Assembly (NCBI GenBank): GCA_951406725.2
Contig: OX597815.1
Coordinates: forward strand, 148,428,001 to 148,492,000
Reading direction: 5' to 3'
DNA length: 64,000 nt
Origin: Octopus vulgaris
Taxonomy: Eukaryota
The first letter of the stretch is position 1, and each line of letters begins with the position of its first letter. This document shows positions 1-14,240 of this stretch, piece by piece. Below the pieces are notes generated by a model. It saw only the letters and a program-made list of their open reading frames with translations, was not told where the DNA came from and searched no databases. The translations under genes and the position numbers were made by a program.

Positions 1-230
1 AGAATAGACATGTACGGCATTTGCAAAACTTAGCGTAATACAGTTAATCGAGTAAATAACACAAATTCCCCATACATTAAGAAAAAAACAATTGTTCGTA
101 TCTGATACGCTTAGGCCTTGATCCCATAGTGAAAATAACTATTGATATGTATTCTACTATAACAACTACTGTTGCTGCTGCTGCTGCTAATAGTACTACT
201 ATCACTACTAATATTACTACTGTTGGTGCT

Positions 231-422
<192 letters not shown>

Positions 423-791
423 TTAATAATAATGACAATACGAATGTTTTAAGTAATGAAAAGATGGATTTGGTACTGTTCTTTATTTTTCAATTCTTAT
501 ACAAAATATGATGGTAATTAAAATTATGCCAATGTTTCCCTAACCAGACGAGCATATAAACATAACAGCAAAAACTGAGGATCTTAAGCGAGACACAACT
601 TTATATATATGGATATACCCGCTGAGATCCAGACTGCAAAATGGTTGTAGCACGTTGAACGGAGTCAAATTCATAAGGGAGATTAGCAGGATGGGTCGAA
701 ACAACTGTTGCATAAAATAAAGATTAATACTTAAGAATTTACTGTTATTATCTCAACACTGCGGAACACCCAAATTAGACCCATTAGTCCA

Positions 792-865
<74 letters not shown>

Positions 866-871
866 GATGTA

Positions 872-1702
872 TGATGATCCGGTTCTTGACTGAAGATTGA
901 AGGCTTCGAATGTCCCGTCCGTGTTTTTTGTGTCGTCATCAAAATATTTCGCGTTCTTGTCCCAGTTTGTATTTTTTATACATATATATATAGCGGCGTA
1001 CGTACGCTCTCTCTTATATGTTATTACACATTTCTCTAAACTCGGTGCAACTCAACACTGTCTCTCTCCCCCTCTCCTACATTCATTTGCCTTTCTTTGC
1101 ACTTCACTTTGTCTCTGTCCCTTTTTCTCGCTCTCTCTTTTCCTCCTCCTTAATTTCTTGTTCCCCTTTTTCTCTCACTTGTCCTCCTGCTTGATTCCTC
1201 TGTCACCTTTTTCCTCTGTCTTTTCTTTACACGTGACTGACTGACCGACTGCTGGCCTTTTGAGTCTAGCAGCAGTCGTGGTAACACCGACATTTTTTTC
1301 TGTCCCAAGGCACATTCCTAAGCTGCCAGCTAAGCTTAATTCGTTCTAGTCGAAGGACGCCTGTTCGTGATGTCCTGTTATTGTTATTAATATTATCATT
1401 ATTGTTTTTACGTATTATTATTGTTGTTTTACTTATTATTTTTGTATTCATATTCGTGTAACATCGTCCGTTTTTCTGTCCTTGTTTTGTATACATTCGA
1501 AGCTTTCTTCTGAGGAATCTAAAGCGCTTAGCTTAGTTTTTCCTTGGGGCTGGCCAGATTTGAACAATCTCAAGATTAATCAACCGAAATTACGAGGATG
1601 ATCCGGTTCTTGACTGAAGATTGAAGGCTTCGAATGTCCCGTCCGAGTTTTTTGTGTCGTCATCAAAATATTTCGCGTTCTTGTCCCAGTTTGTATTTTT
1701 TA
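872..1702 (+). mobile_element. Non-coding element bounded by ~110-bp direct repeats (pLTR/LTR-like, possibly Penelope-derived)
   Basis: gatgatccggttcttgactgaagattgaaggcttcgaatgtcccgtccg...cttgtcccagtttgtattttttatac occurs almost identically at ~873-981 and ~1597-1705. The interior is CT-rich and the flanks are (TA)n and (CA)n. Confidence 0.6.
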
Positions 1703-1712
1703 TACACACACA

Positions 1713-1753
<41 letters not shown>

Positions 1754-1754
1754 G

Positions 1755-2088
1755 AAGACCCCCTTCGGTCATGAATGACCATGGGAATGCACCTAGAAAG
1801 TTACCCTCCTAGACACAAGTCCGGGCACGGTTGTTTATGGAAGACCAGCAGTCGCCCATGCATACCAGCCTCCCCTCTCCACGCCACCAGTGTTATCCAA
1901 GGGAAAGACAAAGGTCGATACAGCTTGGCACCAGTGACGTCGCAACTCATTTCTACAGCTGAGTGAACTGGAGCAACGTGAAATAAAATGCCTTGCTCAA
2001 GAACACAACACCCAGCCCGGTCCGGGAATCGAGCTCACAACCTCACGATCGTAAGCTCGACGCTCTAACCACGGAGCCATGCGCCTTC
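1755..2088 (-). mobile_element. tRNA-derived SINE
   Basis: The minus strand starts gaaggcgcatggctccgtggttagagcg (A box) and has ctcgattccc (B box), then gtgttgtgttcttgagcaagg. The head is related to 25457..25712. Confidence 0.8.
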
Positions 2089-2089
2089 G

Positions 2090-2160
<71 letters not shown>

Positions 2161-2162
<2 letters not shown>

Positions 2163-2193
2163 CGCAGGAGTGGTTGTGTGGTAAGTAGCTTGC

Positions 2194-2267
<74 letters not shown>

Positions 2268-2657
2268 GGCGCAGGAGTGGTTGTGTGGTAAGTAGCTTGC
2301 TAACAAACAACATGGTTCCGGGTTCAGTCCCACTGCGTGGCATCTTGGGCAAGTGCCTTCTGCTATAACCCCGGGCCGACCAATGCCTTGTGAGTGGATT
2401 TGGTAGACGGAAACTGAAAGAAGCCTGTCGTATATATGTATGTGTGTGTTTGTGTGTCTGTGTTTGTTCCCCTGGCATTGCTTGACGACCGATGCTGGTA
2501 TGTTTACGTCCCCGTAACTTAGTGGTTCGGCAAAAGAGACCGACAGAATAAGTACTGGGCTTACAAAGAATAAGTCCCGGGGTCGATTTGCTCGACTAAA
2601 GGCAGTGCTCCAGCATGGCCGCAGTCAAACGACTGAAACAAGTAAAAGAGTAAAAGA

Positions 2658-2659
<2 letters not shown>
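2161..2659 (+). mobile_element. tRNA-derived SINE (full copy 2268..2659) with duplicated 35-nt head at 2161..2195
   Basis: ggcgcaggagtggttgtgtggtaag head, gggttcagtccc B box, internal TA/TG tract, tail ending aagtaaaagagtaaaagag. The same family occurs at 21478..21913 and 57145..57356. Confidence 0.85.
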
Positions 2660-2716
<57 letters not shown>

Positions 2717-4169
2717 AGAGAGTATGTTACTACTAGTTTAGCCCCAGTCAGATTCTAGTTTAATCTCAGTCAGATTTTTATTTCTTAAGTTTTTAAGGTT
2801 TATTCATTATTTTATTTTTATTTTTATTCACTAATTTGTAAAGTAAAATTTTGTTAACGATTTTTAGTCAAATAATTTCAATCTTCATAGAGCGATATAC
2901 AATGTAGATAGAGTAATAAAGGTGTGGAATCCAGACCTGAAGATTGGGAGTACGTCGATCTAACTAAGTATTGAAACTAGAGACCTTATATCTCAAAAAT
3001 ACAAACATACTGTCATTAATCACGTGTTGTCTTTAAAATGGAAAATATGGGATTCTGAATTGATATAGTAAATTTCATAGTTAATATTTGACGGCTCGTC
3101 GGGTATAATATCTTTCAATGTTGATTGAGTTGGGGGTGTTTCTAAAACTACTTATATGTATATATATATAGAGAGAGAGAGAGAGGGAGAGATAGGGAGA
3201 GAGAGAGAGAGAGTGGGGCATTCATAGATATAGATGGAAATTTTGATGGATGAGCAGATAGACAAAAAGATAGAAAATAGATAGATGATAAACATGTATG
3301 TACAGATCACATGCCATATCACAACGAGTTCTATACAGTTCCCTTTGCGATTGCGCTTATTATTATTTAATTCTCACACCCTAAGCTGAATATTGTAAGT
3401 CGTAAATATCCTGTGATCCACGCTTCAATGAATTTGTTATCCTGCAGTTTCTACGTATTTATGTATATATATATACATATATTATATGTATTTCTATAGA
3501 ATTCCGATTTTCTTTCTCATACATACTTTCACACATTCTTGTAATTTATATCACTAAGATTATTCCCGTCAATATATAACAAAAAAACATTTATGATCGG
3601 GATTATATTTTTTGTATGTGTTTCCTCAGGACTGATTTCCCAGTTCTATTGTATTACGTTGTTATGATCACTTGCATGCTTGGACAATCATTGTTGCTTC
3701 CTTAAAATGATAGCGGTTGCATAGCAAATATACTTCAACATGATACGTCTATTTAATCGCACAGGCTAGGAAGTATGGGGAAAGTGTTATATAACTTTTA
3801 TACAGTATTCTTTGTTCTAAATTCTGTGTAAAATACCGAACATCCAGTAAATTTTTATTTATTTTACTCCGCTTAACTGTATTTTTGGTAAATTTACCTT
3901 TTGATTTATAGGAAATTGCAGCTTTCCTTCTTGAGATCGTTCACTTTGGGTTATAATTTTTGTAGATTATACAATTCTACGTGGCATTGTATTCATTTGT
4001 ATCCATGTTTCTCGAGGCATTTTATTTTTTGCCATGATATGTTTCATCATATATATATATATATATACACGTATGTATGCACACACACACGCACACACAC
4101 ACACAGATACATAGACAGATATAAATGTACGTGCGTATAAATGTATAGGTATAGATATATACATTGAAG

Positions 4170-4280
<111 letters not shown>

Positions 4281-4305
4281 TACATAGATGCCTGCTCACA
4301 CACAA

Positions 4306-5137
4306 ACGAGGGGGTAGCCAACGTTTAATGCAAACCTTCTGCATGGGGCGAACCCGTTGTAGTTCAGGATTCCTGTGTTAGAAACCACTTGATGCGATCC
4401 ACAATCTGTAGACCGGTGGCCTTCATTGGTGTTGTACTGCCATGTGATGCGTCATTGTTCGTCGATTTACTTGTCGCCGAAACGAATGAACAGTGTGCTT
4501 CCGTGCAATTCTGTTTTCTGTTGGGTAAAACGGAAGGCCGAAAGCGTTGTCAAGCTTCACTTGACGCTGTCATAAGCAAACACGAATTTATGAGTCGTTT
4601 CCACGCATACATTAGGATTACTTATCACTGCAAGACTGTCTTCGTTCACACTGACTGTCGACATCCTGAAAGAATGAAAACATCATGAAAATTCATGAAC
4701 TGGAGGATTGTCAACGAACAATTAACGAACTTGTTCATATGACTGGTTTGTCCTGGAGCACCTGCCAAAGAATTTTGAGCGAAGAATTGTGCCTCGCTTT
4801 CTCACAGAAATGCAAATGCCGTCATGATTGAATGCATGTCGGGAACGGAAAGAACAGTTAGAATTTGATCCAGACCTTTCTCGAAGGTCATCACTGGTGA
4901 CGAAAGCAGGTGCTACTGAATCTGCAGACGTGGAAGAGGTGAAGAAAAAACGATGGAGGCGTTAAAAACTATCACATCGCAAATGTTCTAACAGAGCTTG
5001 AAAGAGCGGAAAACTCGTCTGGACCGATGTGTTGCATAAAATGAAGAATACTTTGATGGCGATAGAAGTTTAAACAAAGAAAACAAAATTAATAAAAAAA
5101 TATTGCAAATTTCTTGTTATAACGTGTAATCCCTGCA
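4306..5137 (+). mobile_element. Degenerate, internally deleted mariner-type DNA transposon
   Basis: acgaggggg end. Translated remnants include EQCASVQFCFLLGK, VPRFLT, KVITGDES and C-terminal RLDRCVA-NEEYFDGD, with stops and frameshifts. Confidence 0.75.
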
Positions 5138-5520
5138 TATGTATGTGTGTGTGAGTGTGCGTGCATATGTGTAAGTGTGTGTGTACACATCTATATATAC
5201 ACACTCACTTTCTCTCTCTCTCTCTCTCTCACTCTCTCTCATGTACTCACACTCACAGATATATACAAATTAATGTAGGCAGCTTTAGGCAATACAAATC
5301 CAAATAGGAAAAATTCAATCGTCGATAAATGTGACAGGGTGCTGGTTATCACCTATATTTTTATAAATAAGAGTTAAAACTCTTAGAACTGCAAAGAATC
5401 AGGTTTTCAAATACTGACAAGGGAGATAACAGTCTCAAAGGGATATATATTTGCGTAAAGCTGTCTATATAATTTGTAACTTTTACATTAGCATATCGCT
5501 AGCTCAGCCACAAATTCGTA

Positions 5521-5567
<47 letters not shown>

Positions 5568-5569
<2 letters not shown>

Positions 5570-5836
5570 TACATACACCAACCCTATAGATACACACGTC
5601 CAGATCCCTCATACGCACTTATACTCTCTCATACACACACACACACACTTACACATACTAATACGTACTAATACATACTAATACATACACCAACCCCATA
5701 CATACGCACGACCAGACCTATCCTACGCACTAATACTCTCCCATACACACACACACCCCCTTATACATATTAATACATACTAATACATACACCAACCCCA
5801 TACATACACACGTCCAGACCTCTCCTACGCACTAAT
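5568..5836 (+). repeat. ~100-110-bp minisatellite, ~2.5 units (taatacatacaccaacccc...ccagac...acgcacta)
   Basis: Units start near 5568, 5680 and 5781, directly upstream of the hammerhead-bearing segment. Confidence 0.75.
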
Positions 5837-6005
5837 AGCTGGTCCTTCAACCCTATTATCAACCCTATTATCTCCCCTAATTTCGCTCTCGCGTCTCATG
5901 TTTGATCTTTGACCTCTGGCCGAAATCAGATCGCCATGTTGATTCGTTAGTTACTGCACGCATTTTTTTTCTCTCCTTCTTTCTGTGTTTTTTTCTCTCT
6001 GTGTA

Positions 6006-6043
6006 TCTTTCTGTTGAAGAGCGTAGGCTCGAAACGTTAAAGA
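6006..6043 (+). ncRNA. Minimal type-I hammerhead ribozyme motif (A6U core variant) in a Penelope-like pLTR relic
   Basis: tcttt-CTGTTGA-a-gagc-gtag-gctc-GAAA-cg-TT-aaaga: 5-bp stem I, 4-bp stem II, palindromic aacgtt in place of stem III. Confidence 0.7.
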
Positions 6044-6410
6044 CTTGTTTTATTTATATTTCCTGAGCGCCATACTAATACAATTGTTTGTTTGTTTTCC
6101 ACCTGCCTTCGTCTTTTGTCTATTTTCATAAAGCTTCCCGTTATATATATATATATACATATATACTGCTACCTGGATTAAGCCAACCCATTTGGTTATG
6201 GAACTGTCACTGCTACCGTGTTTGAAATTTTACAGACGAAACTAGTCTTGTACAGTGTTATAGCTTTGCTTACAGGACGCTTATCTCCCCTATTAGTATA
6301 TGAAAATATCCTTCCTTGCAAATCTAAGAGATTTAACTGTTCTTTGTGGCAATACAGTTGCTACCCAGCACCCTCAGTGACATTTACTGATAACTGCATT
6401 TTTCATTTCT

Positions 6411-6464
<54 letters not shown>

Positions 6465-6557
6465 CATACATATATGGATAAATATTTCTTTCATCACACA
6501 CAATATGGACAAAATTTCTTTTTAAGGAAAAATACATATTCAAATAAGTAAAACATA

Positions 6558-6592
6558 ATATCATGGATAGCGATAGAGAAACCGGTCGATAT
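6558..6592 (+). ncRNA. Minimal hammerhead-like motif with A3:U8 core
   Basis: atatc-ATGGATA-gc-gata-ga-GAAA-ccgg-TC-gatat. A second copy with homologous flanks lies at 54718..54750. Confidence 0.5.
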
Positions 6593-7364
6593 ATTAAAAA
6601 TTATATTAAAACTATGTAAGTGTGCGTATTTTCCTTTCTGTTTCCTTTTTTAACATATATGTATGTATATATGCATATATTTATATATTATTTATATTAT
6701 TATATGTTTGAATTCCAAGTACGTTTTATGTTAATAATTTTGATGCGCCCTATTATTTTATCTTTTCTTTCTATCTATCTCCCACTCTATTTTTCTCTTC
6801 CACCCTTTCTATATTCCTCTCCCCTCTCCTTCACCGTTCCCTCACTATCTCTCTCACACTTCTTCCTTGATTCTCTCGTTGTTCACACATGACCAACGCC
6901 CATCCATCATTCTTCCACTAACTTCCTAAAGACAATGTCTCTTCTCGAAGCTCGTTTTCCCAGCGTTCACCACTTCACATCGTCTTGATTTAATAGTCCC
7001 ACCGCTTGTTTTTTATATTTTGTTCTCACTGTCCTGTTTTTATTACCACTTTCACCATCAGCAAAGTACCCAAAATTGTATTTAATTTGCTTTGGGAGAA
7101 GGACTGTTTTAACGATGTCGCAGTTGTCCTTACCTTCGAATTGCGGAGATGAAACGGGGGACAACTGATGAAAGGAATGTTCTTTATGTTGCATGTCAGG
7201 TTTCTCTGTTTGATTTTTTCGTCGTTCGAAAAAAGCTTGCTTCTATGTTTTTGCTTTTTATGTTCTCGTTTCTTAATTTGTCTACGTCTTTTCGATATCC
7301 TGTACCATATATGCACGTATATATACATATATATGAAGGTATGTACCTATATGTATGTATATAT

Positions 7365-7412
<48 letters not shown>

Positions 7413-8071
7413 CCCACGTCGGACTCATCATTCACATCATTATCGAAACTGGAGCTTAACTCTAGTCCGTCCATAGCTCTTACTCAACATTTTCTGACGC
7501 CTTTGTGTCTTCTTGACATCAAATCCTCTCATACCCTTGATATATATATATATATGTTGAAGAAAAGGGAAAATTTTGATACTACATACATACATATATT
7601 TACACGCACACCAACAAACAAATAAATATATGTGCAAGCCATCATTACTCTCTGCTATATTCGATATGATTTGTTCCTGTTATCAATGAATATATGTACG
7701 TAATCTTTACAGAAATCCTAAATATTTTCATTTACTTGAATTCCATAGAATCTTCACTGTATCATATTTACAACAAATGTTTAGTAATCATTACGGAATT
7801 AAATATGTTAAATATTGTGTAGATATTTCTTTGAATTGAGTAACGTTGGGTAGTCTCATATATTAAATTATTATACAATATTCTCAATATTAAATTTGGA
7901 TTTTAGATTTATCTTTTTCTTCATTTTGTACATAACGGAGAAACTTATTTATTAAAACTTCCGAACAAATGTGGACGAAAAACATTAATATATCTTCCTA
8001 ACAATTCAGTTTCGCAACCAATTCTGCAAGCCTGAAAGCGCTGATTTCTGTTTTTTTTTTTTTTAATTTAG

Positions 8072-8104
8072 AGCATGGCACTGCGACTCGCTCTGCAAAT
8101 GAAG
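8072..8104 (+). CDS. Candidate 33-nt symmetric micro-exon of an unidentified host gene
   Basis: Branch-like ctgat at 8041, a poly-T tract, then tttag|AGCATGG...AATGAAG|gtaaat. Open as (x)HGTATRSANE(x) or SMALRLALQMK. No homology evidence. Confidence 0.35.
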
Positions 8105-8172
8105 GTAAATTCCAAATGGCAGCCTTCCTCGCAGATATCCTCGATATCTTGCTTATAAATGCAGAGCTGCTG

Positions 8173-8265
<93 letters not shown>

Positions 8266-9891
8266 ATACAGCTGCTGCTGCTGTTGTTGCTTGTGTGTAG
8301 TGACCGTTTTTGCTGAATTTGCTACTAATTCTATTAACACTACTGAAGATGATGATGATGATAATAACGACGGCGACGATGATTATGATGGTAGTGGTGG
8401 TGATGGTTGTGGCGTTCGTTCCATAATATCAAGAATCAGTGTTACCAGTGGTTAAAATATTATATATTTTGTTAATAATGCTTTTATATGGAGTGTAATT
8501 TAGCTCTAAAATAAAAGGCAACTCACAGAGTAATTAATAGCAAAGCAATAGTGTTTTGTAAGAGTGCTTTTTGCCCATAATCGAAACTACGTCAATAAAA
8601 TATTCAAGAGAAAATAATGTATCACTTGACGAGAAATATGTGTGTAAACGAAAGGGAAATGATAAAAGTGCGACTTCTAAATACATGCAAGATGAAAGAT
8701 TTAAAAGCTATTTTTGTGTCTGCGTCTAGAGAATCAGTTGTTTAAAATAAATAACGGATTGTTTGAAAAGACATAAAAATATGAAGAAAATTGATACCAT
8801 GAACATTTACTACAACATAGTGTATGAATAAATATCCGTACTATATAGACTACAATATAATTGCATAAGACGTATCTGAGGTAAAGTGAAAATATTAGCA
8901 AAATAGAATCATTATCTAGTTCCATGATAATTCATGATATTACAATATTACCAACTACGAAATTGTTTATTCAGAATATTACCAACTACGCAGTTTATTT
9001 TGATAAGTAAATTGCTCAACTGACTAGAAAGATTACATCTCAAAAATATATTTCGATTTATAAAAACAGAAAAACCTAAGCACGTCATTGATATGTACAG
9101 AAAAATACTCTTCAAGTATTAGGACAATATCAGTATTATGGTTTATAGTTTATCCAGATATTCAAAACGAAGATATAAAGGAAATCATATATAACAGTTC
9201 AGAAGAAAGAGGAAAAGGAAAATATGACAAACAATTACACGTATGGTGAAATCAATTTTATCTCTATATTGCTCATCTAAATGACCTAGAGAGTATATTT
9301 AGATATAAGCAGACTTAAAATTAACTAGCAATACAATGTGTAAGAAAATTCAGTTAGATCTAAACGAAAATGAAAGTAAGTGTATGGGCCTATTCTGCAA
9401 CAAAGAAGGGCAAATTATTTAAACTATAATCATTGCCTGCATGAGAACCTGAATTGTTATACTCATGCTTCAATAGGATAGGCATTCGAAATCTCTCAGG
9501 TATAATCCAAAAAGCATAGTAAACAAAATAACTGACACTTTTGTAATTTCAACAAAAAAAAAATGTGATACAAAAAAATATTTTAATGAGAGAAACTATG
9601 CACAGTGGTGCATCTGCGTTTAACGGCGAATACTAGGCACGGGATTTTGAAATATTGCCTTTTGGAGAGAGGAAATATGAAAAATTAAACAAAAAAAAGT
9701 ACATGAAATACACATTGGGACATGCTCTTTCACGACTAAGCAGAACAAGAAATATCGCACATTCTCAAAAGGAGATAATAATATTGAGATCACAGAAAAA
9801 TTCCCGATCCAAATATACGGAATCACATTTCCTTGTCTACTACGTACTTGTCTATCTAACTGTCTGTCTTTTTGACATTTTATCTCTCTCT

Positions 9892-9949
<58 letters not shown>

Positions 9950-9966
9950 ATATATACCTATATATA

Positions 9967-10024
<58 letters not shown>

Positions 10025-10027
10025 TAT

Positions 10028-10402
10028 ATGGTCCAGTGGTTAGGGCAGCGGACTCGCGGTCATAGGATCGCGGTTTCGATTCCCAGACCGGGCGTTGTGA
10101 GTGTTTATTGAGCGAAAACACCTAAAAGCTCCACGAGGCTCCGGCAGGGGATGGTGGTGATCCCTGCTGTACTCTTTCACCACAACTTTCTCTCACTCTT
10201 ACTTCCTGTTTCTGTTGTACCTGTATTTCAAGGGGCCGGCCTTGTCACTCTCTGTGTCACGCTGAATATCCCCGAGAACTACGTTAAGGGTGCACGTGTC
10301 TGTGAAGTGCTCAGCCACTTACACGTTAATTTCACGAACAGGCTGTTCCGTTGATTCGGATCAACCGGAACCCTCATCGTCGTAACCGACGGAGTGCTTC
10401 CC
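10028..10402 (+). mobile_element. tRNA-derived SINE
   Basis: tggtccagtggttaggg A box, ggtttcgattccc B box, GC-rich body, inserted between TA/CA tracts. Confidence 0.8.
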
Positions 10403-10447
10403 AAAAAATATATATACACACACACATATATATATATTTCCACACAT

Positions 10448-10519
<72 letters not shown>

Positions 10520-10731
10520 GTATATGTATATATATATTTATATATATATATATATATATTATGCCTAATTATCTCTTCATCTATGTACAAGTAAATGCAC
10601 ACTCACACACATATATATGGAAATATGCATATAGTGTGGAGGCATAGGGAAAGGAAGTAAGAAAAATGGAATATATGAATACATCTATTTGAAGGTATGT
10701 ATATGTGTACACCCAATATCAATACATAAAC

Positions 10732-10784
<53 letters not shown>

Positions 10785-12227
10785 TGTTTCTGTGATTGTG
10801 TGTATATGTGTGTATTGGTGAGTATTAAAATGTAGCATTTTATAGGTCTTTCTTTCTTGTTGCTTGCTTGTATGATGTAACAATGTTATATGAGGTATAT
10901 TCTAGGATATGTAACGGCTGACGACAATAATGACGAATTTGTTACTGACATAAGTGGTGGTTGTAATTAACACGGCGATATGAATGTAAGTAGTTTTGGT
11001 AGAGGATATACCGATGATGATGATGATGATGAGGACGACGACGACGTCGAAGATGGCTACTACGTTGATGATGTGCACGATGGCAGTGATGGTTTTAGTG
11101 TTAGTTGTGTTATCGCATAAACCTACAATGTTACATCTCGCTGTTTGTGAATTTGCATTTTATTCCAAATGGTGTGTTGGTATTCGAATTTCTCTTCCGT
11201 TTCATCTTACGTTTATCATTTAACATTTAGTACATTAAAGAAAATTTCTCGTCATTTAAGTCTGTTTTATCACGTTGAAGGTGTTTTATAAAAAAAATGT
11301 ATCTTTTTTTTTTCACTATTTTATAGTTTTACCATAAATATATATGCGTTTTTGCATATATAATAATCTATTTGTTCCAGACAATCACCGACAAAATTCT
11401 GTGATGTTATATTTCTAAACACAAATCTATAATTAACGTCAAAATTTCCTATGCTATCACCTATAAAAACAAAACGTTAGGCTTATATCTGTAGTAGTTT
11501 GGTCCGAATAAACTTCCAAAATTTCAAATTACCATATTATTTCTTTCGATTGAAGCAGTTTCTAGTTTAATGAAGTATTTTTTTTATTAGTCTCATTTTC
11601 ATTTTGCGAAATGTTTCTGAATGGCACTCAATTTTCTTGGAAGATACTAAATAGTGAATTTGACATGTGCTTGCTTAGATCGTATACGTTTAAAATTATA
11701 TTTGATCAAAATATTTTGGAATGCAAAAGAAGGAAATATTATCATCATATCCATTTCTTCAAAACAATATCTCAATGCGTTTACAACGCGTTTATTCGAA
11801 ACGACACTGAATATCCATCCGCGAAAGATCACAAATATTACATATAATCTAATATCTGGGTAACTGAAGTGAGGAAAATTGATTGTACAGAATACATCGA
11901 GCATAACAGATTCAAAAAGCAAGAAATGTTTCATTATGGCCAGATACAATCATCGCACAATAACACTATGTTCCATAAGTAAACATACGACAAGGAAGTG
12001 AGAGATATACATCAATATGAAATAATATAGCTTATAGCATTTCTTTTTATTTGGTGGCTGCTTTCTGCGACAAAACTAAGGTAAATATATACACCATATA
12101 TCAGTGTTATATAGTAGAATACTCTGAAATAAATTCCCCAGATTTTTGTGAGATACAGCGTGACGTATATTATATTTTATGCAACACACACACAAACATT
12201 ACTACTGGCTATGATATCTGTAGCAAT

Positions 12228-12278
<51 letters not shown>

Positions 12279-13817
12279 CAATTTTGCCAGTTATACTATT
12301 TATAGAAATCTTAGTCTCTGAACTAATAATATCCGCATCGTGTGCACTAGAGGATTCTCCACTATAACTGAAATACTAGTATGAAAATTTATTTCGATGT
12401 TTAGACATATACTAACTGGATTCTAATATTTTTGTCTCTACTTAAAATCGGATCTATAGTTATATGAATAAATTTGAACCTGTGTGTCTTAGTTACTGGC
12501 TCAGCAGAATTTTGTGTATACATATAACTTTGCAATCTGCTGCAGTAATAATATTATTTTATTTTTCAGAAAGTATTTATTCTCCTTCTATAATATGCCT
12601 GTCTTTTCTTCTGACATGATTGAAAATAATACTTAGAAGTAGCATGAATTTGATTTATTTAATATTGTAATGAATCAAAGCAATATATACTTTCTCTTTC
12701 TCGTCTTTTTTGCGAACATCAATTTACAAATATGTTGTCTTACAAGTATTTCTTTTTCAAAAATAATCCATACGTACAATTTAAATCACTATAGGATTTT
12801 AGATATTAATATACGTTCCGTTGCCATGTGCTTTTGTTAAACATGAAAATATTTCAATAGATTATGTCATATTTATTAGTTATGTTGTATTTATTTAACT
12901 TGAAAACTTGAAAAATCAATAGTTGGGAAAGTGATGAAAAAATAAAATAAAATTTTGACTCGATCTGTTTTCTAAAAATGTAAAACGCAAAATTTATTGT
13001 TTCTAAATCTTATTGACTCAAAATAAAAATCTATTGAGTAATATGAAAGTAGTTTTAGAATGTTGATGGAACTATACAATTTAGAGAAAGAAATTATACC
13101 TAAGAAATACAATTTAATATCAAAGCAATTCACTTGTCTTAATAGTCCCTGTGCTAAAAACAAAGAACAAAAAAAAAAATAATATTAACTTTACTTGTAG
13201 TGAAATTATATGTTGATAGAATTGATACTGCTGAAGACAAGACGCAAAAGAAGAAAAGAAGAAAAACAGCTTTGAAGCCGAAACTAAACAAAAAGAACAG
13301 CCGTAAGAAATATTTGATCATAGGTAATATGAACAACACCAATAATGACAAACCAAAGAGAAAAATAAGGTTTATAATATTAGCAAGAAAACAGCATCAG
13401 CAACTAGAAATTTAATTTTGACATCGAATGAAAGAAACTATTATTTAAACAAAAAAAAATAGAAGAAGAGAAATTACAAAACTGATGAATACGTGCACAA
13501 AAACTAAATAACATAAAACGAGTTTGTACAAAAGAAGAAAGAGCGGGTAAAATGTGAAAACGTGAATATGAAAAGAAGACAAATAGAGATAAATAAAAGA
13601 AGTGAAACATTAAATACGACTACTAAAACTACTTCTACTAGAACCACCACCACCACTACTACTACTACTGATGATGATGAGGATGTTGATGATGATGATG
13701 ATGATGGCGACGATGGTTTGAAATTATGGCACATGGTCAGCAATTTCGGAGGAGTGGGTAACTACTTATTTTATCAACCTCGGGATGATGAAAGGTAATG
13801 TCCACCTGGAAAAAAAA

Positions 13818-13901
<84 letters not shown>

Positions 13902-14169
13902 GGAGAAAAAGAAGAAGAAGAAGAAAGTACAAGAAGACGGAAGAAGAAAGTGAAGAAGAAAAAGAAAAAGATATCGAAGAAAAGGAAGAAAAAAGAAGAA
14001 GAAGAAAGAGGAAGAGGAGAAGGAGAAGGGAATTGCTGATATTGATAATAACGACGGTGGTATTGCTGATGCTAATGATGAGGGTGATGATGATGCCTAT
14101 GATGATAATGATGATCATAATGATACTCATAACATGAACGGCAATGTCGACAACAGTAATAAAAATGAC

Positions 14170-14228
<59 letters not shown>

Positions 14229-14240
14229 TAATAATAATAA

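Noticed and set aside
680-715. ggatgggtcGAAAcaactgttg possible hammerhead relic
   Set aside because: Core and stem II are incomplete.
889-916. CTGAAGA hammerhead core in the direct repeat
   Set aside because: There is no valid stem II followed by GAAA, and no stem I closure.
8600-9600. A-rich stretch resembling decayed Penelope coding sequence (also 12900..13300)
   Set aside because: No recoverable RT or GIY-YIG motif.
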